Source of the DNA: Nemertoderma westbladi
Taxonomy: Eukaryota; Animalia; Xenacoelomorpha
DNA length: 35,059 bases
NCBI GenBank assembly: GCA_032718475.1
Contig: JAUCBJ010000636.1
Location: forward strand, 1-35,059
Direction: 5' to 3'
Shown here: positions 11,121 through 21,456 of the stretch, piece by piece
Numbering within the stretch: the first letter of the stretch is position 1
How the letters are laid out: every line of letters starts with the position of its first letter
Program-made: the position numbers and the translations under genes
Notes under the pieces: model-generated
The model's database searches: none
What the model saw: only the letters and a program-made list of their open reading frames with translations
What the model was told of the DNA's origin: nothing

Positions 11121-12779
11121 TTACGTTATGGAGTCCCTAGATGTTTGAAAGATTAGGGAGGTGGTCGTGGGAAGAGAATCTTGCCTTCCACAGTTTCCGG
11201 AGAGTCCTCCATTCCCTTCCGGTAAACACAAACGACCAACTGGGTGATTGAGTCGCTGCATCCCGAATACAATTCCAGGTTTCCTCTTCGTCCTGGAATA
11301 GTGACGATAGAAACATCGCTCTAAGTACACGACGGCTTTACAAAGCCAATTCCAGGAGCTATAGCGGTCCGTCGCTCCCTGCAGGAGAGGTGAGAGTCCC
11401 TGCGAGACGTCTGATGTTCCAGAGCTCCAATCGCTCTCTCTGATCTTCATGAAGGATCCACTCGCGGTGGGGAGGTCCAGATCCACGGCGTCGTCCCTGG
11501 CAATATGTAATACCGACAGATCTATCCCGGGTTCAAATAACTCCGATCCACCCGTCCGGGTTTTAGGTTTGACTTTCTCCGCTCCCTTGGCTGGTCTAAT
11601 CTCAGTCGGAGTAAGATGGGGAGGCCATTCATCCTCCTTACTCAGGAAGTCGGGTTCACCTAGCCGGTCTGGAGTATCTGTCAGTTCTTGAGGAGTTGCT
11701 CCTCTGGAAGCGATGTCGGCTATATTCATCGTCTTGGGGCAATATCTCCATTGATCTACATTGGAGTTAAGATTGTCATTATCTGAGGAGTGTGGTGTTC
11801 CCTCAGTTGGGTCGTCTCCCTCACTAGTATCGTCTTCCCATTCACTCACCTGGCAGACGCGATCTTGAAGCAGTCTTTCCCTGAGCGTTCTACGGGAAGG
11901 TCCAGTAAGGTACCAACCTACTCTAGTTCTTACCGCATAGGTCTGAAGTGGTTGCGGTTGAGTAGGTCGTTTCTCTAATGTCTCCAGCGCCTCATGCGCG
12001 TTTTGACCGATTAATATTTGTACTCCAGGATAATCGGTGTCGAATCTAGGGATGTTAAGTTGTTGGACATGATCATCTTCGTCCCAATTATAAGGTTCCA
12101 CTTGGGTGGTAGCGAAGTTCTTTATTGCCACCATTTTGACTGACCTTATACTGTATTCTCCTAGTTTATCCTGTGGAGTGGACAACTCACCTATATAATA
12201 GTCGGCAGCTACAGTAGAATTCCAAACCTGCATGATCCCTGACATGTTTAGCTTGGTTCGGAACTTGGGTTGTCCAGCAAAGATGACTTTGGCTAGTTCT
12301 TTATCGATGAATGTTCCTGTGCTACCGGAGTCCAGGAGGGCGTTCACTATATAGCTCTTCTGAGGTCCGTGGACCCGTAACTGGACTACAGGAAATTCTC
12401 GGATTCCTATATTGGAAGTTGGCGCTTTCCAAGATGGTTGTCGATCAGAAGTAGTTAGAGTGAGGTCGCTGTCCGTATCTTTTTCATATATGAGTGCTCG
12501 ATACACTGCGGTATTTATCATGTAACAGGATTCGTTTTCGTCGGAGAACTCGTCCGTATAGAATCCTTCCATCTCAGATTGATCAGTGTCGTTCACATCA
12601 CTGAATTGGACATGTAGTTGTTCGGACTCACTTACCTGACTCGGGCTGCTTCGTTCGAATTCAGTGTGCAACAAGATATGATGTTTCGCACCACACTTTG
12701 CACACCTTATGTCAGAGTAGCAGGTTCGCCGTTGGTGTCCTTGTCTGAGGCAATTATAACATAACCGCTTATCCCACAT
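11121..12779 (-). CDS. Distal Gag Zn knuckles + Pao aspartic protease fused to remnants of RNase H and integrase (RT absent)
   Basis: CYNCLRQGHQRRTC...CAKCGAKHHILLH; protease ALLDSGS, ILIGQN, AVRTRVGWYLTGP; then QWRYCPKTMNIADIASRG...GEPDFL...WP (end of Pao RNase H), RYSSW, and HPVGRLCL (Pao integrase C-terminal end). Same frame as the upstream gag ORF. Confidence 0.85.
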   Translation of the reverse strand: MWDKRLCYNCLRQGHQRRTCYSDIRCAKCGAKHHILLHTEFERSSPSQVSESEQLHVQFSDVNDTDQSEMEGFYTDEFSDENESCYMINTAVYRALIYEKDTDSDLTLTTSDRQPSWKAPTSNIGIREFPVVQLRVHGPQKSYIVNALLDSGSTGTFIDKELAKVIFAGQPKFRTKLNMSGIMQVWNSTVAADYYIGELSTPQDKLGEYSIRSVKMVAIKNFATTQVEPYNWDEDDHVQQLNIPRFDTDYPGVQILIGQNAHEALETLEKRPTQPQPLQTYAVRTRVGWYLTGPSRRTLRERLLQDRVCQVSEWEDDTSEGDDPTEGTPHSSDNDNLNSNVDQWRYCPKTMNIADIASRGATPQELTDTPDRLGEPDFLSKEDEWPPHLTPTEIRPAKGAEKVKPKTRTGGSELFEPGIDLSVLHIARDDAVDLDLPTASGSFMKIRESDWSSGTSDVSQGLSPLLQGATDRYSSWNWLCKAVVYLERCFYRHYSRTKRKPGIVFGMQRLNHPVGRLCLPEGNGGLSGNCGRQDSLPTTTSLIFQTSRDSIT

Positions 12780-12815
12780 GACTTCTCGTCTCTCCGTTAA
12801 TGATTTCTTCAGGAA

Positions 12816-15485
12816 TTAATCACACATATTCAAACGGTGGGTCCCGTTACACAGCGCACATTTCGGTTTGATGTTACTTACCTTATTTTGGGTAACATTG
12901 TGCACTCTCGTTCTTTCTTCGGGCTTTCTCACCTGAATTCTCTTGGGAGACGTAAGAGGAGTTTTTCTTACCTGTTCTCTCTTGTCATTGGATCGAGACT
13001 TAAATTTACTTCCCTGTTCGTTAGGTGTTTTATGGCCATCATAAGATCTTTCAGTGTCTTTTCCGCTGTCCTCTCCTTGAGAAGTCTGGCTTTCGCCATT
13101 GTCGGTATAACACACTGGTGTTACCTTTCTCCTGGAGACGGGTTTCTCACTTACCTTGTTTTCCGATGTCTTCTCTCTGGACTGCTTTATGAGCTGTAAT
13201 TTCACTTCGCCATCCAAGAATGTCATGAGATCAGTCATGGTAGGGTCTCGTTGTTGTTGTTCCATCATGTATAACACTTTCTTGTCCCAGCGTGTACCTA
13301 CTCCACCCTTCGGTAAAGTAGAAGCCACTGCTCTAATAACCATAGCACTCTGATACTCATGAGACTTACCTAGCCAATCTAATTGTCTGCAGATCTCCTG
13401 AATTTCATCGGAAAACTCTATAATCCCGCTGCTAATAAACTTTCGGGGCGCTACCAACTTTGCATACAAATACCCAGCTATGTTATTCCTATTACCATAC
13501 CTGATGTTTAGTGTGTCCCAAACTTGTCTTAATCCATCTGGATGTCCAATAAACTTTAACGCCATTGACTTGGGAGGTCCTTCCAAGCACTCGATGAGAA
13601 ATCTAAGTTTCTCTCCGTTGGATAGCACAGAGTCCTGTATGTTATCTTTATAATATTCATTAAAAGGTAACCATTTCATCTCATCTCCATTGAACTTGAC
13701 GATCTCTCCCACCTTCACCGCTTGCCGGGCTTCGGTTCTAGCCATTTGACGCGTAAAACTTTCTTGGGCCATCGTGTTATTTAATATCGAGTTATCGGTA
13801 TATAAATTTCTCGGATTATGATCAGGTCTATAGGGAATGTCATTATCAACAGGTCTATAATTACCCTTAATAGGGTTCACTATAGGAGTTTCTACTTCGC
13901 TAGCAGTATATATGCGTGTAGGCTCCACACCTTGCGCATGAGATACTTCAGACCTAACAGGTTGACACCTTGTTACCGAGGGTGGTGGTATACCCTTTTG
14001 TGTATTTACTAATTTATCGCGTTCTAGCGCGATACTTTGCTGCACTTCTTGCAACTCTAACCTACTTTCCCTTACTGTGCCCTTGAATTGCTGAACGGTC
14101 TCCTGCATCTGCCCGAGCAGGAGATCCATCCCCCGCCGTCTCTCATCCACCCATTCGACCGCCGAAGCGGGAGTCGCCAACGTTGTAGCGGGCGGACGAG
14201 GGACAACGGGCGACAAATCAGGAATATTTCGCTCAGGGTCCAGGACCTGAACTGCCTCATGGGCTGTTCTACTGGGCACAGGTAGCTTAGTGCTATGCAG
14301 AGGGAATTTAGAGGTAGCTTCAGGGAGCACAGGGGTGTCTATCACCGAAGGGGTGATTTCAAAAACAGGCCTAATTATTTCAGGCTCATCTACTATAGTA
14401 GGGAGTCTTTCTATTTTAATTATTTGGTCTGTGGGCTCTGTACTACCTAAGTTGGTGTTATTTAGTTGCCTTCTAACAGCTGGAGGCAAATCAGGCAATT
14501 TCTGACGGTGGGATGTTCTTCTACGTCTGCTTAGACGAGATCTATTTCCTTTGCCTTCAGTATTGGTGGTATCGCCTTCCTCAGATGATGTATATCCCTG
14601 TCTTTTGGGAGTAGATCGATTCATCATCTGCATATTACTAGCTGTTAACTGTTTATTTATGCAGTCTTGATTCTCCTGAATGTTTTCCAATTCTAATTGG
14701 GTGATTTCTTCAGTCGCTCTCCGTTCAGCTTCGGCCACTGCCTCTGCGGCCTTTCTTTCAGCCTCGGCCGCCTTTCTTTCTGCTTCTGCAGCTACCACTG
14801 CTGCTTTCTTTCTGTCTTCTATACGTTTTTTCTTTACTTGTTCTTCTTGGACTCGTGTCAGGCGGAGTTGTTCATCAAATTTAGCCTGGTTCGCCGCTAA
14901 CATTTCCGCATCGATTGCGTCCAGCACAAGCTTGGTTCTTTCACTATTAGGGCTAAGCCCCTCCAGCCTTCTCCTCAACTCTTCGTCCCCTACAAAGCGT
15001 TGATAGTCTGACAGATAGATGTCAATGGCATCTCTCTTTCGCGGCCCCTCTGCTGTCCCTTCGCTTTCTTCTTGAGAAGAAGTGGTGTCGGTTGATTCTT
15101 CATAGGTTGGCCGTTCATCATAAACCGTATCCGCCATCTTCGCTCCGCGTTCGGGCGTCCGCTCAACAGTATCCGAACTACTGGAGCTCTCGGGCCGCTG
15201 AGAACTAGGTTCTTGGCTAGGAGGTTGCTGCTGTTTGGCAGCTGCTTCTTGATCCCGCTTAACTTGGGCCCGAGTACCGATGATAGACCTACGGCGCTTC
15301 ACTAACTTCGCGAATTGCGAAATTGCTTCTACTAACCTAGGTTCTGACACAGCTACTGTAGGGGTTGTCTTTCTTACAGTAGGAGGGGTTTCAGACCTCA
15401 GTCTGGGATTCTCTATACTCCTATCTGATAAACAGACTGTTGTTTCTAGGAGACTATCTGACAGAGTTTGCCTTGTGTCAGACAT
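12816..15485 (-). CDS. gag: BEL/Pao Gag (coiled coil, DUF1759-like capsid, first Zn knuckle), ending at a premature TAA
   Basis: IVKFNGDEMKWLPF...LSNGEKLRFLIECLEGPPK...L..RYG capsid signature. CALCNGTHRLNMCD*FLKKSLTERREVMWDKRLC continues in frame across a single TAA at 12816-12818. Confidence 0.9.
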   Translation of the reverse strand: MSDTRQTLSDSLLETTVCLSDRSIENPRLRSETPPTVRKTTPTVAVSEPRLVEAISQFAKLVKRRRSIIGTRAQVKRDQEAAAKQQQPPSQEPSSQRPESSSSSDTVERTPERGAKMADTVYDERPTYEESTDTTSSQEESEGTAEGPRKRDAIDIYLSDYQRFVGDEELRRRLEGLSPNSERTKLVLDAIDAEMLAANQAKFDEQLRLTRVQEEQVKKKRIEDRKKAAVVAAEAERKAAEAERKAAEAVAEAERRATEEITQLELENIQENQDCINKQLTASNMQMMNRSTPKRQGYTSSEEGDTTNTEGKGNRSRLSRRRRTSHRQKLPDLPPAVRRQLNNTNLGSTEPTDQIIKIERLPTIVDEPEIIRPVFEITPSVIDTPVLPEATSKFPLHSTKLPVPSRTAHEAVQVLDPERNIPDLSPVVPRPPATTLATPASAVEWVDERRRGMDLLLGQMQETVQQFKGTVRESRLELQEVQQSIALERDKLVNTQKGIPPPSVTRCQPVRSEVSHAQGVEPTRIYTASEVETPIVNPIKGNYRPVDNDIPYRPDHNPRNLYTDNSILNNTMAQESFTRQMARTEARQAVKVGEIVKFNGDEMKWLPFNEYYKDNIQDSVLSNGEKLRFLIECLEGPPKSMALKFIGHPDGLRQVWDTLNIRYGNRNNIAGYLYAKLVAPRKFISSGIIEFSDEIQEICRQLDWLGKSHEYQSAMVIRAVASTLPKGGVGTRWDKKVLYMMEQQQRDPTMTDLMTFLDGEVKLQLIKQSREKTSENKVSEKPVSRRKVTPVCYTDNGESQTSQGEDSGKDTERSYDGHKTPNEQGSKFKSRSNDKREQVRKTPLTSPKRIQVRKPEERTRVHNVTQNKVSNIKPKCALCNGTHRLNMCD

Positions 15486-16794
15486 GTTTGTTTGTACAGT
15501 TGGATGCCTACTGCTATATTACAGTCTAAGCAAGTCTAGTAATTCAGTATTAACTGTTAGCCTAGTAATTAATTATCGATACTGCTACTCAGTGTAGCGT
15601 GATATATATATAATATATTAGAATACCGGTATGCTTATAGTATATATATAAGTATTATTACAGACTAGGTTTATCACAGAATATCGGTATATAATTTTAG
15701 CACAAATATATATAAATATATAATAGGCCTATCGGGAATACCGGTATACAGCTTACAGTTTGTAGTATATATAATTCTGGACTAGGTATAATTGGGTATA
15801 ATTTCAGCCGAAATTTATAGAAATAAAGATAATAGGCCTATCGTAAATACCGGTATATCAATTATTTTAAATAATTGAATTTCTGAATTTTAGGGTTACT
15901 TGGTTACTTTACTTACTTTATTACCGTTATTTGAGCAGTAGTCCAACTGATATTGAGACCTAATGGTTGTATGGTAGGCCTACTATTTATAAATCGTGAG
16001 ATTTGATTTATAATATATATATACCCGTTTTAATGGGTTTGTCAATGTTTGAAATAAATGTTATTATTTCTGGGGAGTAATCACTACACAAAGTGGTGCG
16101 CTTTCAGTGAAGTGTTACTTATAGGACACTAAAACAAATAATTCTAATTTACCTAAGTTACTTAATACTACAAATTACGTACGATTCGGGTTGAGATTAC
16201 AATCTCTAAATAAACACAAAATTTACAAAAAAACACAAAATACGAATTTTCAGGGTAATTTTACAAGAAGTCTACAAACCAGCCTGACAAAGGGTTAGAA
16301 TCTGGTTATTACAACGGACAGGGTACTACGGTATTTGAAAATAATAAGTAGTAGTAAATACACTGCGTTGTCCAGATAGGAAAATACCACCGCCTGACGA
16401 CCTATAGCCGTATCGCTATAGGTACTACGTTATGTATCACGGAGTGTTCCTACCTAGAAGTTAATAGAGCTAATCGAACGTGCCTATCAACCACTTTACA
16501 ACACAAATATAATGCCTACACACTAATTACCTTCGGAAAGCACTGTACACTAAACCCTAAATTAGGTACGAGCACTTATACAACAGATAATCAGTAGTTA
16601 AATATACTTGAACAGCTAAAAGAACCACGGCATCTGCTGGAGTCACCGGTGCACAAAATCACCAGTCTTTACCTACGCCAAGCAGCCCGTGTAGTACCGG
16701 GGTTAGTTTAACTATAACGGTATGTATAACAAACACAATTATTGTATGAACAAACTTGGGGAATGAATGTTGCGAATAATCGCATAAACTCTGA

Positions 16795-17372
16795 ATAATA
16801 AATATTACGCTACGCGTACAAACCACTCAAACAAAATGCAGACCAAATACTGACAGACTACTATCAAGCCCAAATAAACTACAGGACATGCAGACTCCGA
16901 AATGGTTAGGTAGTATGCGTTCTAACCCAGTAGTACGACTTATTCTTTAGATGGGGGTTTACCTTACAGCTTTGGCTGCCCCTACTTCCTAACCGTTCTT
17001 TATCGGACAAAGGCTCTACACACACTGCAATCCGTTCAGACCAAATAACAGCCAGACAACTATCCAGCCTACAAATTATCTAAATAAATATTATACGCTA
17101 CCTGTACAGACTACACAAACAAAGTACAGACTAAACGATGGCAGACTACTCTCAAGCCTAAATAAACTACAGGACATGCAGACTCCGAAATGGTTAGGTA
17201 GTATGCGTTCTAACCCAGTAGTACGACTTATTCTTTAGTTGGGGGTTTACCTTACAGCTTTGGCTGCCCCTACTTCCTAACCGTTCTTTATCGGACAGAT
17301 GATCTACACACACTGCAATCCGTTCAGACTTAACAACAATCAGACAACAGCTCAGCCTACAAATTGTCTGTA
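16795..17372. repeat. 288-bp tandem duplication in the BEL 5' leader
   Basis: AATAAACTACAGGACATGCAGACTCCG... at 16873 and 17161; a near-identical ~135-bp core with more diverged flanks. Confidence 0.9.
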
Positions 17373-17638
17373 CAATCTGATCAGGCTTACACGCCTTCTG
17401 TTCAATACTGGCCTACAAACAAATAAAACTTGACAGAAATAAGTAAAAATCTCAATAAAAAACCAGGGCTGCAGTCCCTGATTAATTATTAAGGCCTACC
17501 GGTATATAATTATCAAAATCGAATAATACTGCTGTACCTGTACTGCTGTAGGTACCGGTCCGGGTGGTTAGGTAGTCAGGCCTACTGGGTACCGGTTGCC
17601 GGTACTTCAGCTTTATTGCCTACTGCAATACAGAAGCG

Positions 17639-17649
17639 ATATCCGTTAT
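17639..17649 (-). promoter_or_regulatory. PBS position: ATAACGGATAT, non-tRNA type, complementary to an 11-mer in the element's own LTR
   Basis: Directly abuts the 5' LTR end and lacks the TGG start of tRNA PBSs. Its perfect complement ATATCCGTTAT (minus strand) is at 18416-18406 and 7591-7581. Confidence 0.65.
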
Positions 17650-18879
17650 TGTTCGCACTTTCAGACCTTTGGCAGTTTAACCCGCCAAATTAGGATGTCT
17701 TCTAGATAATAAATCGCTTTTAGCCTCTGACAAGTATTTGATTCACTACACTAGTTGAAACCAATCTGTGCGCGATCATTCACCCGTTGGATATACCCGG
17801 GAGATTGATTTCGACAGCTTAATCGTATTGCTATGTAAGCCTAATGTATTATTCGACCGACAGTATTATATAATCTCTGACAATATTATTCACCTTCGGG
17901 AAATATTAACAGTTCCTTTAGGACGTGGCGCTCTATCTATATAAACAGAGCTATGACTTAAACTACACGCAACGATATGGCTTAGTTACAATTCACATAT
18001 ATGGCGCATTCTTTAGGAAATGCTTCGTTATCAGTCTCACTCATACACAATGCTGCACAATACTGCACACTGATCTGCCGATCTTCACTGATTTTAGTCG
18101 CATATAAAAGGAACACGGACCAACTCATGTAGGGTCTATCAAATAACATTAGATTCACTTCAAACCACTTTAACATAAGTCATAATCGTTATATGTAACC
18201 TTTCTCTCTTACCTTCGGTATATCAAGAATATTGGGTTTTCGGGGTTATTTCTCGTTATTCCAATATAATATTTATCACCATATAATGAATAATCGACAG
18301 TAAATAGCAGTATAACAATATAAAGGTATGTACAACAAGATATATGCATTGCCCAGTTGAGTTAGGTTAGTAGGTAAGTATTGAGTTGCACAGTGATTCA
18401 GTGTGATAACGGATATATGTCCTTATAATTAAGCCTACTAGTGTTAGGCTAAAAGCAGAACAGCACAAAATATTCCAAAGCCGTTCTTCCTGGCTCAGGA
18501 CAGAATGATAACACTGCCCATAAAGCATTGCGTGATTTCTAGGAAATTTCTGTACAAGAACAGTAAAAATGCTCTGATTGGTTGACTGAACTGAGAGATG
18601 CCGTAGAACAAAGAAAATCGACACGTATGAATATCAGCTGTTAACCGTCGTCATAGTAACTACTGTTCAAGAGTATCTCGCCTCTTTTGCGTCACGGAAT
18701 TGCCATAGAATCATCAACTATGCCTTCCACAGTACACATACGGAAGAAATAGCTCTTAGATCCTCTAAAAACACCGATACAGCAATAATACGGCCTCTTA
18801 CGCCTATTAAACCAACTACAGAGTATTTTACGGGAAAAATAAGGAAAAATAACCGGGCAATTCAGCAAAAGCTTTTACA
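17650..18879 (-). repeat. 5' LTR (1230 bp)
   Basis: Direct repeat of 6827-8054; upstream of gag on the minus strand. Confidence 0.95.
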
Positions 18880-19070
18880 CAAGCTGACTTTGCAGACTGA
18901 CTTTCAGACTGCATTTGCAGACTGACTTTGCAGACTGACTTTGCAGACTGCATTTGCAGACTGACTTTTCAGACTGACTTTGCAGACTGCATTTGCAGAC
19001 TGACTTTGCAGACTGACTTTGCAGACTGAATTTACAGACTGACTTTGCAGACTGAATTTGCAGACTGCAC
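18880..19070 (+). repeat. 13-bp minisatellite (GCAGACTGACTTT)n; continues at 6796-6826 on the other side of the BEL insertion
   Basis: About 14 units at 18880-19070 and about 2 units at 6796-6823. Confidence 0.95.
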
Positions 19071-19586
19071 TTCGCATTTTCTATCATTAATTTAATGATT
19101 AGTTCACAGTTCCGGATCGATCAGTTCCGGATCGGAAACTCGCAGTTCCGGATCTCGGTCGGCACTCGTCTAGGGTGTAGGCTGACTGAGCCCCACAGCT
19201 GTGCCCGGTGTGGCAAGGATGTTCTGTCATATGATGGATGATCGTCCTAATGTTATATTACCAATTTAAGGAAAGGAGCAGGTCAAAGTGGCACATTATT
19301 CTTACCAAAACAATAAACGAATGTCAATAGAAAGGTTACAATTTAATTTTTAGAAGAAATCAGCTGTTACTTGCCTCAACTTACCCCTGGAGAGAGGTGA
19401 ATTTGGATTGCATCAGAAGTCCCCCCTATCTGAGGCTGTCTCAGTGGATAGCTAACTAGCCTATCTCCCTGTTAATATTGTAGGGTTCTAGAATATTAAT
19501 TATAGTTTCATCATATTGCATAATTTTTTCAGTTGTTGGTATTCAAAACACTATGAAAAATTATATATCTATATTATTATTATAGC

Positions 19587-19907
19587 AACCGTGCCACGGA
19601 ATCGCCACCACATCACCCGGGCCACGTCGCACGGATTCCACCATCTGATCTGCACCACCAACACTCGCTTCCACACCATCCCTGCAGACTGTCTGTGCCG
19701 CCACTGCCTCAACCAATGTGGGGACCGCTACCACGCCCTTAACTGCGCCGCTTGTCCCAACCTCGTAGTTCTCGCCTCGACCATTAACCAAAGAAACTAA
19801 TATTTATCTTATTTTATATCTATTTTATTTATAAAATAATATTATGATTTTACCGAATTTCATTTACCCCGTTGGGGAGTGTATATTATTATATTATTAT
19901 TATTATA
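19587..19907 (+). mobile_element. Severely 5'-truncated non-LTR retrotransposon (RTE-X-like 3' end)
   Basis: Encodes the C-terminal Cys/His motif RHHITR..SHGFHHLIC...FH....CLCRHC....RYHALNC*, then a short 3' UTR and a (TAT)n tail. Candidate TSD ATTATAGC at 19579-19586 and 19908-19915. Clade assignment is from recalled similarity. Confidence 0.6.
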
Positions 19908-21456
19908 ATTATAGCTTTTTTATAATAAATATATCACTCAAACAGCTTCTTTAGTGTTAACTAGCCTATCTCCCTTTTGCATTAAATCTTATCATCATAT
20001 TATAGTTATTATTATTAAATTGTATTGTTTATGAATATACGAGACTCAGGATCACACTACTTTGCCTTCCACCCGGTGAGTGCTAACTATAACCTGTCTG
20101 CAATTGATTCGGTTCGGTTGACGAGTGTATGTGTCCGCAATACTGCAATATTATTCCCCAACTTGCAACTATAATACGTTCAATATCGCAATGTGTCCAG
20201 TACAAGTAAATTGTGCGCTTTACCATGCACTAGATCCAATGTAGCGTCCTACTTGCAATATAAATAAGTCACACGTACACTTGTCCTCAGACAACATAAC
20301 ATAACGGAACAGTTTACACGTACATAGTGCATTATTCCCTTGAAGCAGTTTCTAGTGCCGAAACTTACACTCCCAAAGTAATTGATTATACATTCATATC
20401 GCACTCAAGCGTGGGAACGGGTTATGTTGCAGTAGTACAATTACTACTACAATTATTACTACAATTACTACTGTAGTACAATTACAGTTATTTTTTTAAT
20501 TCAATATAATAATTATTAATATTCAACATATACACAATTGTACAACCACCACCAGCTGTATTTGACGGCTGCCTAGCAACCAGATTGCTATTTAAACAGT
20601 ATGTACTGCTGTACTGTGTACTGCCTACCACTGCACTGCCATTCAGCCTGTTGGGTCCGAGTTTGCATTCGCCAGGAGAATGGACGCCTCCGCGATATTG
20701 CAGCGGACTGGGCGGCGAGAAGCTGATCTACAGCCACGCAAACAGAGCAGCGAATTACAGAACAATTACAGTTATAGTTAACGTTCCATATATGATTGAA
20801 ACTCCTGAGTAATATATATAATCTTAAACCCAGTAACAGTGTGGACAGAGTGTTTGTGTTCTACTATTATTTATAATGTGCTAGATGGAGGGTGTAAAAT
20901 CTTGAATCAATAAACAATAATTGATAAAAACCTAAATATGTCAGTCAATCATTGATGAAATTAAATGTGGTCTGTCAAATAAAATAAAGATTCTGAAGTT
21001 CAATGGCGGTGTATTGTAAATACAAACAAGTAATAGGATTACAGCTTCTAAGCTTAACTGAGTCACGTGCTGCGCGAAGGCCCCGCGTGTTTGTAAGACA
21101 ATAGTTTGTAAAGTTGGAGTTCCCTCAGACTGTACACACCAGTATGACATGCTGCGTCTAGGTGGAGTTGGACTTCCTTCTCCGGGTGGCGGAGACTGAG
21201 GAAGATGATATTGCGACGATCCGCTGAGAAGTATCCAGGACTATTCGGGACTTCTCCTGGAACAATCGGCAAAAAGTTGGCTCTCCGTCCCGTCCGCTAT
21301 GGAGGAATCGGGATTCAGATCCCTTGATGCGGAAGTGTCATTCGGTCCTCCCAATCTGGAACTACTGGGGTTGTTGAGGCGCTGACAACCGGTAGTCCCC
21401 TCAATGTAGCCAGTCATGCTCCATGTCTGGCCTCCAACTTGCCCGAGACTTGCCTC

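Larger units (their letters stand above)
6827..18879 (-). mobile_element. BEL/Pao (Belpaoviridae) LTR retrotransposon, internally deleted and non-autonomous, recently inserted
   Basis: Two near-identical LTRs with TG...CA termini; 5-bp TSD CAAGC at 6822-6826 and 18880-18884; Pao-type Gag, triple Zn knuckle and protease; PPT next to the left LTR. Confidence 0.95.
6726..19432. mobile_element. Old ~650-bp TIR element (MITE-like) with an internal 13-bp minisatellite, split by the BEL insertion
   Basis: 6726-6795 (CAGATGGGG...TGCAATCAAAATT...CTCCAGGGTAA) is an imperfect inverted repeat of ~19362-19432 (reverse complement CAGATAGGGG...TGCAATCCAAATT...CTCCAGGGGTAA). The same minisatellite lies on both sides of the BEL element. 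Confidence 0.5.

Noticed and set aside
11449-15597. Numerous plus-strand ORFs over gag/protease
   Set aside because: Antisense shadows of the long minus-strand frame.
16709-16721. TAACTATAACGGT, matching the start of the I-CeuI site / LSU rRNA motif
   Set aside because: Only 13 nt match and there is no flanking rRNA similarity; treated as coincidence.
18875-19087. Cys-rich repetitive ORF
   Set aside because: Translation of the 13-bp minisatellite.
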